Source: Lingula anatina
Taxonomy: Eukaryota; Animalia; Brachiopoda
DNA length: 64,000 bases
NCBI GenBank assembly: GCA_051362555.1
Contig: CM120643.1
Coordinates: forward strand, 12,560,644 to 12,624,643
Reading direction: 5' to 3'
Shown: positions 39,043-52,251 of the stretch, one piece after another
How the letters are laid out: every line of letters starts with the position of its first letter
Numbering within the stretch: the first letter of the stretch is position 1
The notes under the pieces: model-generated
Databases searched by the model: none
The model's input: the letters and a program-made list of their open reading frames with translations, nothing else
Told to the model about the DNA's origin: nothing
Translations under genes and position numbers: made by a program

Positions 39043-42000
39043 GAGGGGGTACGTTAAACCAACTTTTATCGTAGAAAGGGATTCTATTTCAAAATAAAAC
39101 TGACTACTTACCTTGGATTTCAAGTGTCTTACTGCCATCTAGATGTCAGTTCTTGTCGGCACCGCTGTGCTTGTCTTTTCCTGAAAGAGTCAAGTAAGTC
39201 AGCGCACCTTGTAGTCAGGTACAAGTTGTTTAAACACTGCTGTCTACAGTACACAGATTATGGCATTTGTAAATTTAAAGAAAACTTTATCAATTTTTTA
39301 AATAAATGGTTACAAATATTAGACTATTTCAGATATAAAGCAGTTAAATTCCAATTATATAACCAGTTAAACAAATATGATATTGAATAAATTACTACTC
39401 TGATTAACTAAAAACATCATCATCATCTTCAAAACTTATGTATCCTACAATGTTTTCAAATCACTTTTTCAGTCACTTTTTCGTCATCAATCGCTCACTG
39501 TATCAAAAAATCTCAATATCAAGTTATTCAGTCAAATTTCACAGAATTTTTTCCTCTTACACCTTATATCAAACATGACACAATCCCACACAAGAACAGA
39601 ATATTTTGCTTTATTTATTTATTTATTTATTTATATTTGTGGTTGCTCCACTGCTCAACATGTTAACCAGGAGACCCAATGCTGTTACAAACAACCCACA
39701 ACCCGCCTCAACAGACCGCACCAGAAACGATCTTTGTCAAGTTAAGGGCCCTTATCACAATCAAGTGGGTGTACACACAACATGTATGTACAAAACACTT
39801 TAATTTCATGTAAAGTTAACAGCCTGGTTACCCGTAGTATTCACACCATTTTTTTTTTAATTTTCCCTCAAATAAAGGAGATATGCCAACAGGTATCATA
39901 TAGGCCACAATTGCTTGTTGGCATCCATTCACAATGAAACAGATGCAATACAAATGAACAAAGTGTGAAAGCAGCAATCATGTCACATGCAAATTCACAC
40001 AAGAAATAAACTTAGTGACAATCCAAAGTTTTGTGGTCAGTGTGACTCATCAACATGGTAATAAGGCAGACAGCAGACTCATTTTTCTTCCCGTTTTGTC
40101 CTCGTCTGCCATGACATTTCAGGGCCAAGGAGGACACCTGTAAGGACAGCCAGGATTTGATCATTTTTCAAGAAAGATAATGGATATAAAGAAATTAGTG
40201 TAAAACAAAGTGAAAAAAATTCTGAAAAAAAAAGCATTTTCTTCTAATGCTTAATGATTATTTTGAAAGTCTAAAATGTAAAAGAATTACATAAACCAAT
40301 TTACCTACAATTAAGGGAAATATGAAAGACAAAGAATAATGGATACTGTATTTTCATTTTCAAATTTTGTATCCAGTTATTCAGACTGATAGCTTTAGTT
40401 TTGAAGAAAGAGCACCACATTAGCAATTGCAAGCAAAACAAAATATGAAATTCAGTTTCAGAAAAAAATGGCTTTCAAACCCGATGAGATACTGGCATGA
40501 GGTAACAAATTCTACTTTTTCTCTCCAGAATATCAAAAAAAACATGTACTGTTAGTCAATGTTGAGTTTCACAGAATGTAGTCAAACAGTAAACATATGG
40601 CAATTGTCTGGTGTGTGTGTGCGTGCATGCGTGGGCATGTGCATTCTACAACAAACAGCGGGAAATGACACAAGTTTGTGGGCTGTAGACATGTATAAAG
40701 AAAGACAATACAAGAGAACACAAGTAAAACCTACTAAGAGAATGAATGTGCCCACACAGATGGTCAAGAAGGACATCTCAGTAACATATTTTTTGTTTTG
40801 GCTAACTTACATTTCAACAAAGGTAATGACAGATTTAAAGTATGATAAATACTTGATTTATCAAACAAATATATTCATCATGAGCATTTCATAAAATTCT
40901 GTAAGTCAATGTGAGATTGGTAGGTTAGCTTTTTTAAAATGGCTTTACCCCCAGTTACGGCCTCTAGCTTGCAGGAACGCTAACAGAAAGAGAACAAGCA
41001 AAGGTTCATGTTCCACTGCTGCTTACTTTTCATTTTTCAAGCTAAATGAATTATTTTGATCAAATTGAATTAGTTGGGCAGAGCGCATATGATGAACCCT
41101 ATAGCCTCCGTGTCTACCAGGAATTCTGAAATGTCTTGAGACCGAGTTATTGGGAATTACCCCTAATTGCAATTCATACAAGAGCAGAAAGGTGTCCCAC
41201 TCCATCAGCACAGTATGCCGGACCCCTAATCATATTGGCCACTTTGTTCCATCTCAGAGGTACATCTGAGATATAATTTAATATTTCTCCATAAGGATAC
41301 CTTAAGAACTTCAGTTAGGCAATACAAATAGTCCATTAGCCAGCCATCATTATGGGGACTCGTGGGATTGCTCAGTGCAGTGAAGGAGATGGAGAGTATG
41401 GATCTCACACTGAAAATTATTTCAAAATGAATTCCACCATCCATCAAGAGCAGACGGAATCTTGGGACTTGTGGAACACTGTGTTGACATCCTTCATTAT
41501 GGTCCATAAATGAAGGTTATCATTTCGCCAACTCTCCTGTGGACGGGTAAATAAGAAGTTTACAAGCCAGCCAGTGATTTTCTAATAAATTTGCTTGTTG
41601 TTCTATTCCTGGTAGAAATTGAACAATGTGCCATTAGATGATTCGGAAAATTGCTCTTCGTTAGCACAGTGAGACAATCTCTGTTTCAAACCAGAATCTG
41701 TGGGAGCCCAATAAACGCCCCATCTGTCCCAAATCAAAAAAAAAAAAAAAAAACTACTTTGGAATAGAATCACAAAAAATCACACCGGCCACAGAAAATT
41801 GGAAAAATTGTATAACTTAAAGAGCAGAGATGTTTTTCCACCCTTCTTCCAAATTGGCAATTTTGTGTCCTTGTATTATTGTTAATCTCTCTCTCTGATC
41901 AGCAAGCCCATCTCTGCTCAAGGCATCAACCCGCTGTTGAATTGACCAGCGAGTAGGGTGGCGACACCTAGCAAACTTGTGGAAGTGAGTAAAACACCCT

Positions 42001-43176
42001 TGTAGCATATATAGTTTGGATCTCTCAAAGTGGACGATTACAGACTATCAGATTATCACTAAAGTTTAGTATTCAATGTGAAAAGAAAGGCCAAGTTTTA
42101 GGGGAGAGCTGTCAAAATGGCAGATGTGAGTGGGCAACAAGGAGGGGCAAAGCACAGTACTTTCTTTTTTAAAAAATAAAATGTGTTGTTGTTTTTCTTT
42201 CTTTTTAAGATTAAAATCCATACTGTCAACTAAAAATACTGTTTCATACACTTCAGCCAAGTCATTTTTCTTAAAGCAATAAATTTCCTACATGACAAGT
42301 TCCCACGAATTTGGTCTGATTATTCTAAGAACAGTGCAGCAATGAAGGAGAAATATGAACCAAATTACATGTCTAGAAGTCAAAATTCAGACAATTAATT
42401 CACAGCTAATAATACCCAGAAAAGATCTAACAGAAAGTCATTAACTAAAACAGAAACAGGCAAGAGAAATGGGGACCATCCGGGACAGGGGGACAAGAGA
42501 GATTCACAGTTCATTAAATCCAATATTTTTTCTTCCTAGGCCCTTCAGAGTTATAACGAGAAAGGTTGGATTGAAACACCAGGCCTCTATTTTCTCTTTC
42601 TTTCTCCTTTGGAAGGAGAGAGTAGGAGTGTAATAATTTCAACCTTGCTGGAGACTTGCAGGGGTTGGGTCTTGAGCCATGTAAAGGTGACAGGTGAGGG
42701 CGAGGTGAGGAGGTGAACAAAAAAGCGGGGAGAAAACAGGTCGGCTAATTTGTCAGAATTACAAGCTGTATCCAGCTCCCATCTCAATCATGTAGGCATA
42801 TCAATTTAAATCCCCTTTCTTTCTTCAAAGTGCATTAATTAATCAGCTTTGATTTCTTTGCTTTCAAATATATGTTGGCAAACAAACGACAAAGAAGAGC
42901 AGATAATTGCCCTCCCAAGGTCGCCCTTTTGTTTCTTTCTTTTAATTTGCATTTCTTTTGATCTTTGATTCAATTTGTTTATCACATCCTCTAACAGTTA
43001 TGATTATTAACCCTGCCTGTTTTCTATGCCCTTACAGGATTTTTTCTTCACATTTATTTTGGTCTTAAGATTGACAACTCACAGACAGTTCAATTTCAAA
43101 CAGTTAGTAAAATAAAACTGTAGCCCATGCCAATACTTCATATCAATTCCACACCCTTATCATCTCACAATTTCCC

Positions 43177-43694
43177 TCACAACCACACCCACCCTTATCA
43201 TACAACCCACTCTCAAAACCATACCCACCCCTACCTTCCAACCCACTCTCTCTCACAACCACACCCACCCTTACCATCCAACCCACTCTCTATAACAACC
43301 ACACCCACCCTTACCATCCAACCCACTCTCTCACAACCACACCCACCCTTACCATCCAACCCACTCTCTCACAACCACACCCACCCTTACCATCCAACCC
43401 ACTCTCTATAACAACCACACCCACCCTTACCATCCAACCCACTCTCTATCACAACCACACCCACCCTTACCATCCAACCCACTCTCTATCCCAACCACAC
43501 CCACCTTTACCATCCAACCCACTCTCTATCACAACCACACCCACCTTTACCATCCAACCCACTCTCTATCACAACCACACCCACCTTTACCATCCAACCC
43601 ACTCTCTATCACAACCACACCCACCTTTACCATCCAACCCACTCTCTATCACAACCACACCCACCCTTACCATCCAACCCACTCTGTCTCACAG
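43177..43694. repeat. 40-bp minisatellite, ~13 copies (TCACAACCACACCCACCYTTACCATCCAACCCACTCTCTA)
   Basis: CATCCAACCC recurs at exact 40-nt spacing from 43391 to 43671; earlier copies are 38-40 nt. Confidence 0.95.
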
Positions 43695-44487
43695 CCAATC
43701 CCCCACATAAAACATTACAAATGAGTCAACCATGTTTCAGTTAATCCCCCCATACACAACACAATATAGAAATTCTTCCATTTGGCCCCCCTCTCCCCCT
43801 TAGCCATAAACATACAGTGAATAATGTTCAATTTTTCTACTTTGTCTCCATCGATCAAACAGGCACGCGGGTAATGTGTCAATTAGTCTTATTATGACCG
43901 CCATGACGGTTGGTCCTGATGTCCTCCCCCTGCTGGCCCCAAACAAGGTTTTACTTTCAACCTTTTTGACATTTACAGAATCTGATATTATATTCCTCAG
44001 GAGGAGCCTGGCTAATAGAACGACTTGGAACTTATTGGCGAACAGGCAGCACAGCGTGTTGCTTGACACTGCGAGACTGCCACTCAGCAAATTTTATAAT
44101 GCCTGCTGTTACTTTTATTGGCAATAGAAATAAACAGCTCCATTGTTTGGCAGCAAAATGGAATGGGAGGGAAAGTGCTGAATAAAAATCAATGTCTAGG
44201 GTTAGGTTTTATGTTCTGGTCAACATAACATATGGATAATAAAGGGAAGCAGGAAAGCAAACAAAAGATGATATACTTGTGTGCTACTTTTAACTGATGG
44301 TATTTGTAGCTTCTGGCAAAATAATCCTTAAAAATAAGCAATGACAGTAAGGCTTAAATGGTCAATGCAGTTAGTACAGGTCCATTATACGGTCATCTCT
44401 AATGATGATTTTCTGGTAACTTTTCTAATTGTGTCAACAGAGTAGAATCCCCTCCAAGAAAGTACCATATTTCCAACATAAGGAAGT

Positions 44488-44666
44488 GAAGAGAGGAGGA
44501 AGAGAAGTATGTGAGGGAGGAAGAGGAGGAGACGGAAGAAGAGGGAGTGAGGAGGAGGAAAAGGAAGAGTAGAGAGGATAGAGGAAGAAAAGGGAAGAGG
44601 AAGAGCAGGAAGTAGGAGGAGGAAGAGAAAGAAATAGAGGGAGAGGAGGAGGAAGAAGAAAAAGAA
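44488..44666. repeat. Polypurine (GAG/GAA) low-complexity tract
   Basis: Directly visible; almost all purines on the plus strand. Confidence 0.85.
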
Positions 44667-45523
44667 CTCAGTCTGTGAGGTCCATAAGATGGGTATGAAG
44701 ATGCTGAAAGGGCCATCATCAGGTCACATCATGCAGCAAAATTCCAGGAACAAAAACTTTGGAAATCAATACTGATAACCATGAGAAATTAACTTTGGTT
44801 TTTACTTTCCCTTTTCCAATAAAGACAATACGGACTTGGCGGATTAAACAGTTTTCTTGTTCTTGTCAAAACTGTTACTGAAACTTGACGGCCCCATGAT
44901 TATTTCTTGTGCCCCCGAATGAGTATTCATAGTAATTGTCTATTCAGTGGTGGGGCCAGCAAGTATATCTGTACTCAAACAATTACCGCCTGGACAAATT
45001 GCGCTGGTGATACTGCTACAGGCAGCAGATGCTCTTCCAACACCAAGGCTCCAAAAATGTAAAGAAGCGAGAAATACCAGCCTAATTAAATGACAGAAAT
45101 AAAACTAATCAACGAAAAGGTCATTCAACCATGTGGCAGTTTCTGTAGATTTTTTTTCTCTCCCATCTCGCATACCCAACTGATTTTTGGTTATGAAACT
45201 AACAAAATCATGCTTATTGGCCTGAGCACACTAGGGTCTGAGGTCTGTCTCTGTAAAATCCTTTGTTAGCACATCAACCAACATTGAAGGTGGCGAAAGG
45301 TCGTGCCCTTGTCAAGGCACGTGTTGCATACGTTGCGATACTGTCCAAGACAACACCTATACGAGCAAACTTATTAGAAGAAATAATGCAATTTAGCTTC
45401 TTGCTTATTCACCAGCAATGCCCATAAGTGTCATGTTGGACTATGGGGGATCCGGCCAGACAGACAGCTATTACTTGGGTGTGAAACTTAGACTGAAACT
45501 TAAAGGGCTATGTTAGGCAGCCT

Positions 45524-45524
<1 letters not shown>

Positions 45525-45560
<36 letters not shown>

Positions 45561-45586
45561 GTGTGAGAGTGTGCGTGTGTGTGTGT
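45525..45586. repeat. (TG)n / (TGTA)n compound microsatellite
   Basis: Directly visible. Confidence 0.9.
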
Positions 45587-48500
45587 TAGCTTGCACTTAC
45601 AATAATATATATGCATGGACATGTTGTTCAGGTATGGTCAAAATTGTTGCCACTATAACTTACAAATGAGAAGTATAATTCGTTTCTGAAAAAATGAGGA
45701 TTCAGAGCATTATATCGATAAATTCTGCTTACTTTATTCTACATTTATCTTTAATTAAATGAAAATGGCTTGATCTACTTTCGTAAACAAGACTAGACAA
45801 GATATGGATGAAAAGAAGGAGAGGAAGTAAAACATTATCCAACAAGGACTAGAAACCACAGACCTCTTTAAAGGTCAGACAATTTAATTTCTCTATACAC
45901 AGAACTGCAGTTAATACTCAGACTATAATACAGGCCACATATATTCAATTCAGTTCAGTTTCAAATTATACACATATTCTAAACTTGCTGCTTTTCCCCC
46001 CTGTAATTTCATTGTTATCGACCTTACAACATTTTCACAGTTAGATCACCCTGTGAAAGAACTACCATAATCACCATCATATTGCAAGTTTATTAACTAT
46101 TCTTATTTCTATACACAAAATTATGTGAAAACAATACTTGGAATAAATCTATAAAAAAATATTTATAAAAATAAAAAATACATATATATATATATATATG
46201 ATCAAAAAATACATCTACCAGATGATTTCATTCTCAAATTCTCCTTCCCTACACAGGGTCGGCATTATTATTCCTCTCATATTTCCATTAATCTCGCAAA
46301 TCACTTTTATCTGCTAAGTCTTTGACCTACCGACCTCGGCAATTGTGTTGAAATCATCAGTGATAGAGTGGAGGCAATTAGAATGGAGGAAAAAAACTCA
46401 AGTGTGGCTATTCAGTGCAAGAAGCCATAGAAAAGGTTATAAATATTGTGTCCATATACAAAAAACATGAGAATCAAAGAATTATGAAAGTTTTCACTGC
46501 CGTCTACTTGCTCAAAGACATTTTTCAACCTGTACTTGCCAGAAATGAAATAAAAATCAATGCCAAGTTTGATATTTACATAATATTATCAGTAGTAGGA
46601 GGTTAAGAGACTGTCCAACGCTGTCAATATCAAACTTAACAATTTCTGAATGCTAAGACAGTCCTCCACATTACACTTGTCTCAGACAAAAGAAAGTGAT
46701 CTTGGGGGAAATAACCATGCCCTTTATTTTAATGAAAACAATAGGCTGAAAAGAATGTATTTATGGTTCAGTTCATGAACAAAAAACTTCAAAAGAGAAT
46801 TTCACACTTTTATCTCTTTATTTTTGGAAAGCAATTTGAAAAAAAAAATATAGCTAAATGCCTGTCTCGAGAATGTTCTGGTTTTTTGAAAAAAAGAAAA
46901 GTTTCACGCAAAGTTGCACTTCATGCTTTCCCTACTAAAACATCCTATTGTTTACAGCTGTAAAATTAGAAAGAAAAAATTACAACAACTAAATGAAAGG
47001 AATACCCTTAATTATTGTCCTTTTGATGTCAATGGGAATTATGAAGAGTTATTATGAAAGAAAGGATACACCCAGCTTTACCAATGTCAGCCCGGAGTTG
47101 CAGCTGATGGCTGTTTTTTGAAAAAACATCCTACTCTGGGGTAGTGCTGGCAATTTTTTTCCCTTAGCCAAATCACTACTTTTTCATCACTTTTTTTCTC
47201 TAAATGGTTTGAATTTGACTTAAATACTGTCAAATCAACCCTATTTTGTTTAGCCAATTTAAGTTGGTTTTAGCATTTGGCTAAATTGGCAGGTGTTATC
47301 TACTCTGCATTATGTATAATCCACAATGTCACCCCCCACCATGGTACAGCCCTTTTACCACTCTTCATTAGTGAAACATAATTAACAGAAATTAAGAGGT
47401 CTTTTTACATATTTATGCAGGGTCCATCAACATTTACCATTTTCCCAATGAACAGCAAACTTAAATGTACCAGTCCAACTTGAGAGATAGACAACTTAAT
47501 AACCTGGCTATTATGTGACAGAGTCACCTTAACTGAGCCCCCCCCCCCCCTCCCCCATTCTTCAACCCGCACTCAACACAGCCAATACATTAAGACAACA
47601 AAACAGCAGAAAGTGAACCTTTTGAAAGCTTGTGAAAGGGAGTAACCCCCCTGTACTTTAAGTACATGTTAGGACCTGTGAACGTGTATCGGTCCAGTTA
47701 AGTATACCGTTGGATGTGGCACGCCTTCTTAAAAGTATTTTCCTAAAACCCTAAGAGGAATTGTTGACAAATAGCCCCAGCCTCAACAACATGTCCCTTC
47801 ATATGGAGCAGTAGTAGTGCTCCTATGGGGGGGGGGGTTTGTAGACGTCTTTGTTTAGCAACTTAAAAAATTTCTTGAAAAAAATTTTTCAGCTATATGA
47901 ACAACAATATGATAAAGAAGAAAAATGGATAAAATTTATCCGTTTTTTTTAATTGAAAGAAATGAATCATTTTGAGCAATGGCAAAAAATGTCCATGCCA
48001 CCAAAGGGCCAGCCTCTGTGACAAATAGACTTCAAAAATTAATTTTAGACATGCCCTGCTTCAAGTAACAGCTTACATCTCTTATGGCAAGGTTGACTAA
48101 CAAGCTCTTCCTGTTAGCAAGACGCAGCATTGGAATAACTACTTAAATGATCTCCAGTTCAATCATCCAAATTCTTTGCTGAATACTCTACCAAAACATC
48201 TAAAAGGGGTTATTTTCGGTCTCTCTAGACAAAAAATAGATCATATCTCGCCCATTTAGTCCCTCCTGTCATATTGGATTTAACAAGCAGCAGACAGGCT
48301 ATGGAAAACATTTGACTAGGCTTTGATAACTAATGATGATTTTCATCTGGTATTTTGGCAATGTGAAAAAGTCGCTGGCAGCCGTGCTTTTCCCCCCAGC
48401 TCGTGTATCACTAAATGGCTAACAACTAATTGACTTATCATATGCTGACATCTCGGGCTTCACTGCCGACATTTACAGGGGAAGCCAAGTGTAAATGTTG

Positions 48501-50718
48501 CCAGCACTAATTGATACATATATTGTCAGGTAAAACTAGGAGGTACGGAATGGCTGGCTGAGGGCACTGCTGACGCGAGAAATGTGGAATATTTCTGGTG
48601 TATGCAATATCTGGAAGATTTTTGGAGGAGTGATATACTTTATGGGTGGCGCCGTACAGACGTGCCTCGAAATTAGGGTGTCAGTGTGCCCGATTTCACA
48701 CTTTAGTCAGGAACATGTTAGCAAACTGGCTCGTTATTCTTACTTCTTGCTCTGATTTTCCCCCTTCTTACATATATGGTAATACTCCCATCTGTGCAAC
48801 TGAGAAATTCTTTTAATGTATAAATCACCAAGGAGATTAAGTGTCATTAAGGTCAATTACAGTGTACTCTAAAAGGCAATTAATGTTCTCTAAAAGTGTG
48901 TTAATATTGGAAATCACATCCCTTTTTAAAATCCATTATTCATAATAATGGAAAAGGAAATTAACCAACAACAGGGCCTCTGATAGGTTAAAAGTCATTA
49001 AATTGTTGCAGTGCACAATATGTCTCATTAAACAGGCCACTTACCAGTTTGTATAAATAATGAAAAAATTTTAACATCCTTTTTCTATACAAAGACATTC
49101 TTCAAACAGAACTAAAAAAGCTCTCTCTCTATCTATTATATAAAAAGAAAACCATTGAGCACATATTTTAACACTATTTATCAGTTATATAAAGTTGCAT
49201 TATCTCAAAAAAAAGGAATTTGAAAGAAAACATTAAGAACATAAAGAACAGCTATTTGTTACATTCAATCACAAAAGCCAAATAAAATGTGTAGTTTTAG
49301 GAAACATTGAAACTAATGTACATATGTAAAACTAGCTATCTGTAATTGAATCAATCTCCAAACCAGGGAAACTCAGCCAGCTGTACCAAATTATAAAACA
49401 GGAAAAAAGGTTTAAAATTTTCTGGCAATGGAAACATTCAAAACATCTTCAGTGAAATGCATGAATGCACTTTTACATTTTTTTATCGGAAACTGAAGAA
49501 GCATTTGGCTACTGAATTTCTGACCTATGTCAATGCAAATATCAAGCACATGCCTTCTGTCAACAAAGACTGGCATATTTTCAAATCTGCTTCATGTGTT
49601 TTTAGGCAGAAAAAAAAAGAGTTCCTCAATATTTATTTATCCAGAAAGCATATTCCTTAGTTACTTGGGTAAAGCCAGAGGCAAGAGAAATATTTTGAAA
49701 TGATTATCATTCTCTGATCAAATATCAGCAACTGAGAGGCAATTACCTTTCAGTGAAGGTGGAAACAGGCTGAAACCACCTCCATGGAGTCTGTTCCAAA
49801 TTAATCCTAGGCAATATGAACTATCAAGTCAAAAAGGTCATGTTGTCCAATTAGAGAACATATGCAAGTCTAGAAGGGATGTCTGCCAAATCAGTTGGAC
49901 ACAGTAATGTCACCTGATATTGTTTGCTTAATTTCCACAGGTTACAAATTTAGTTTCTGAAAAACTCGAGTGAAAAAAGAAAGAAAATAATTCCGTCTTA
50001 CTTGAGGGGCTGATATTGTTTTCTTTATCTACTAAGAGGAGAAAATTTAGTTTCACAAAAAGGTCTTCATCTAACTTGAGTTACTGCCTGGAAGTGACAT
50101 GTGAAAGACACGGCGGAGAACCCACATGCAGCGAGGCAACTGCTAGAAACCAATCTTATTTGTCTTCAGTGCAAAACATGTTATGGAATATCCCAATAAC
50201 AGCATAAGTGCAACCAACTCACTTGCTCTTTACTAGCTGACACCAGGGGTCTCCACGATGCAATACAATGAAGTTACTGCCACTGCTGCCATCTTTTGGA
50301 AAGAGATGGCATCAAACAGATACACACGGCTTGAGAGTTGGGATATTTTATCTCGAAAGACCAGATTGCTCTGTAAGACTTTCACATTTTATCATCTACA
50401 TTTACAGCCAACAATTCCTTCATTCATTCTTAATCCTCTTTATAGTCACACAATTTTAGCTCTTGTTCTCGGTCTAAACAGAAAGCCCCACAAACTTTAC
50501 AGTTAAAGGTGGGTAGTAATTCTATACAGTGTCTTGTGATGTCAATAATAAGACACCATTTACCAGCACACAATACTTTTTTTTTACTTGTTATTAATTC
50601 CCATAGGAATATTTTTTGACAAACTCAGGCATTCTTTTAAAGATTTCTGACACATAAACCTTTATAAGGAGGTAAACATTTATCAACTCAACTGCAGGTT
50701 TAGATAAGGAGATTATTT

Positions 50719-50739
50719 TCTCTCTCTCTCTCTCTCTTA

Positions 50740-50800
<61 letters not shown>

Positions 50801-50820
50801 CTCTCTCTCTCTCTCTCTCT
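50719..50820. repeat. Compound (CT)n(CA)n(CT)n microsatellite just inside the intron after ZFP64 exon 6
   Basis: Directly visible; begins ~12 nt after the GTGAGT donor on the minus strand. Confidence 0.95.
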
Positions 50821-50832
50821 CCTTAGACTCAC

Positions 50833-52251
50833 CTTTACTGTGCAGTCTCATATGGGGATAATTTTCCATCCTGTCCCTCTCCTCTCTGTGTGTCAACGGA
50901 ACAAAGTACCCCGCGGGCTGGAACCCACCACCAGAGGGCCCCGGTGCATATCCAAGATGGCTGGTCATGTGTGACGTCGGTGACAGCTGGAAAGTTGCGG
51001 AGGGGTTGAGGTGTGGGTCAGGGAAGCTGGTACCCGTTCTGACCACGGAGGTTGCAGAGATGGATCCTGGAATTGGCATAGGCTGGCGTATTTGACTGGC
51101 CATAATGTGTGACGTCATTCGACCATCGTCTCCCAGGCTTGTAATGTGAGGCTGATGACTCATCCCTGGCGATGGCCCCAAGGCTGCAGTGCTAATTGTA
51201 GAGAACGTGCTAGAAGTGACGAATGAGGACTGCGGTATCATATGTCTCCTGGGTTCATGTTGACCATTTTCATTGGCTACGGGTGAGGCGCCATGTGTGC
51301 GCTGCATGTTTCCACCATCCACATTCATACTTCCTTGTACAAAAGCCAGCAGGCTATTGGCCGCCTGATTGATCATCTGGTTCTCGTCCATATTGGACAG
51401 TCCCGAGACTTGTGGAGAGACTTGGCTTCCCATTGGGTGAGGAGGCACCGTATTGACATGGAGCTCTTGGATGTGACTGGAGCGGGGCGTGCGGTTGATC
51501 ATGTGCTGGTTGCTCACCATAGTGGAAGGCGTGCTGGTGATGGACCGATTGTTCATTGTGTTTTGATTGCTGGGGTTGGCACTGGCTGTTGGTGGTTGTT
51601 GTTGCTGCTGGGGTGGTGGCTGTGGTGGAGGCTGATGTTGCTGCTGCTGCTGTTGTTGTTGTTGCTGCTGCTGTTGTTGAGGTGGCAACTGATTCTGAAC
51701 TTGATTAGGATCTTGTGTCTCTGGATTACCACTGCCGCTCATGAGATGCATGCGCAGCACAGCCATCGCAGCATTTTCCAATGTCTCTGACAGCTGCACG
51801 TGCTGTTTTGAATGAGCTCGTAACGAGTCCTCGCGTACAAAACTAGACCCACAAACTTTACAGTTGAAGGTGGGTTTACACTTGGCTTTCTTTCCAACCT
51901 TCTTGGCACTGGGTTTTGGTTTTTTAACAGGAGGAGGGGGTGGTGCCCCTTGCATCTCCTCTGTGTGTTTCTTCTTTTGATGACTGATCACGTTGCTCAT
52001 TTGCCGCGAAGTGTATGAACAGTAGGCACACTTGTGTGGCTTCTCGTTGGAATGCATAAGCTTGTGGACACGTAATGAGCTGCTGTTGGCGCAGATGTAC
52101 CCGCATTCTTCACATGTGGCCAGTTTAGCTCCAGAGTGGATCTTACGATGTTCACGCAGCATTTTGCGAGACGAAGTTTTAAAATCACATGCATCACACT
52201 TGAGTTGGTTTTCCGTTGAGTGGTTGATTCTTATATGACTCTTCAAATTGC
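50833..52251 (-). CDS. ZFP64: ZFP64 exon 6: end of C2H2 finger 6, fingers 7-10, polyQ/Pro and Ser/Met/Pro-rich C-terminal region
   Basis: Acceptor CAG at 52254-52252 completes G|GC to give ...SIKGNLKSHIRINH; CKVCGSSFVREDSLRAH matches the last ZFP64 finger as recalled; donor AAAG|GTGAGT at 50832; 1419 nt, phase 1-1. Confidence 0.9.

Noticed and set aside
43127-43411. His/Pro/Thr-rich ORF; also resemblance to telomeric TG-rich DNA
   Set aside because: The 40-bp unit is not a multiple of 3 and there are no TTAGGG-type units; it is a minisatellite.
45270-45590. Possible decayed tRNA-derived SINE (GTGCCCTTGTCAAGGCAC hairpin, TG tail)
   Set aside because: No recognisable A/B boxes; one short motif is not enough.
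50594-50832. C-terminal ERERER/VCVCVC tail of the 550-aa ORF
   Set aside because: Translation of an intronic microsatellite after the donor at 50832.
51293-51790. 165-aa plus-strand Leu-rich ORF, and other ORFs antisense to or frame-shifted within ZFP64 and TLR exons
   Set aside because: Shadows of real coding sequence; the poly-Leu is the antisense of the polyQ.
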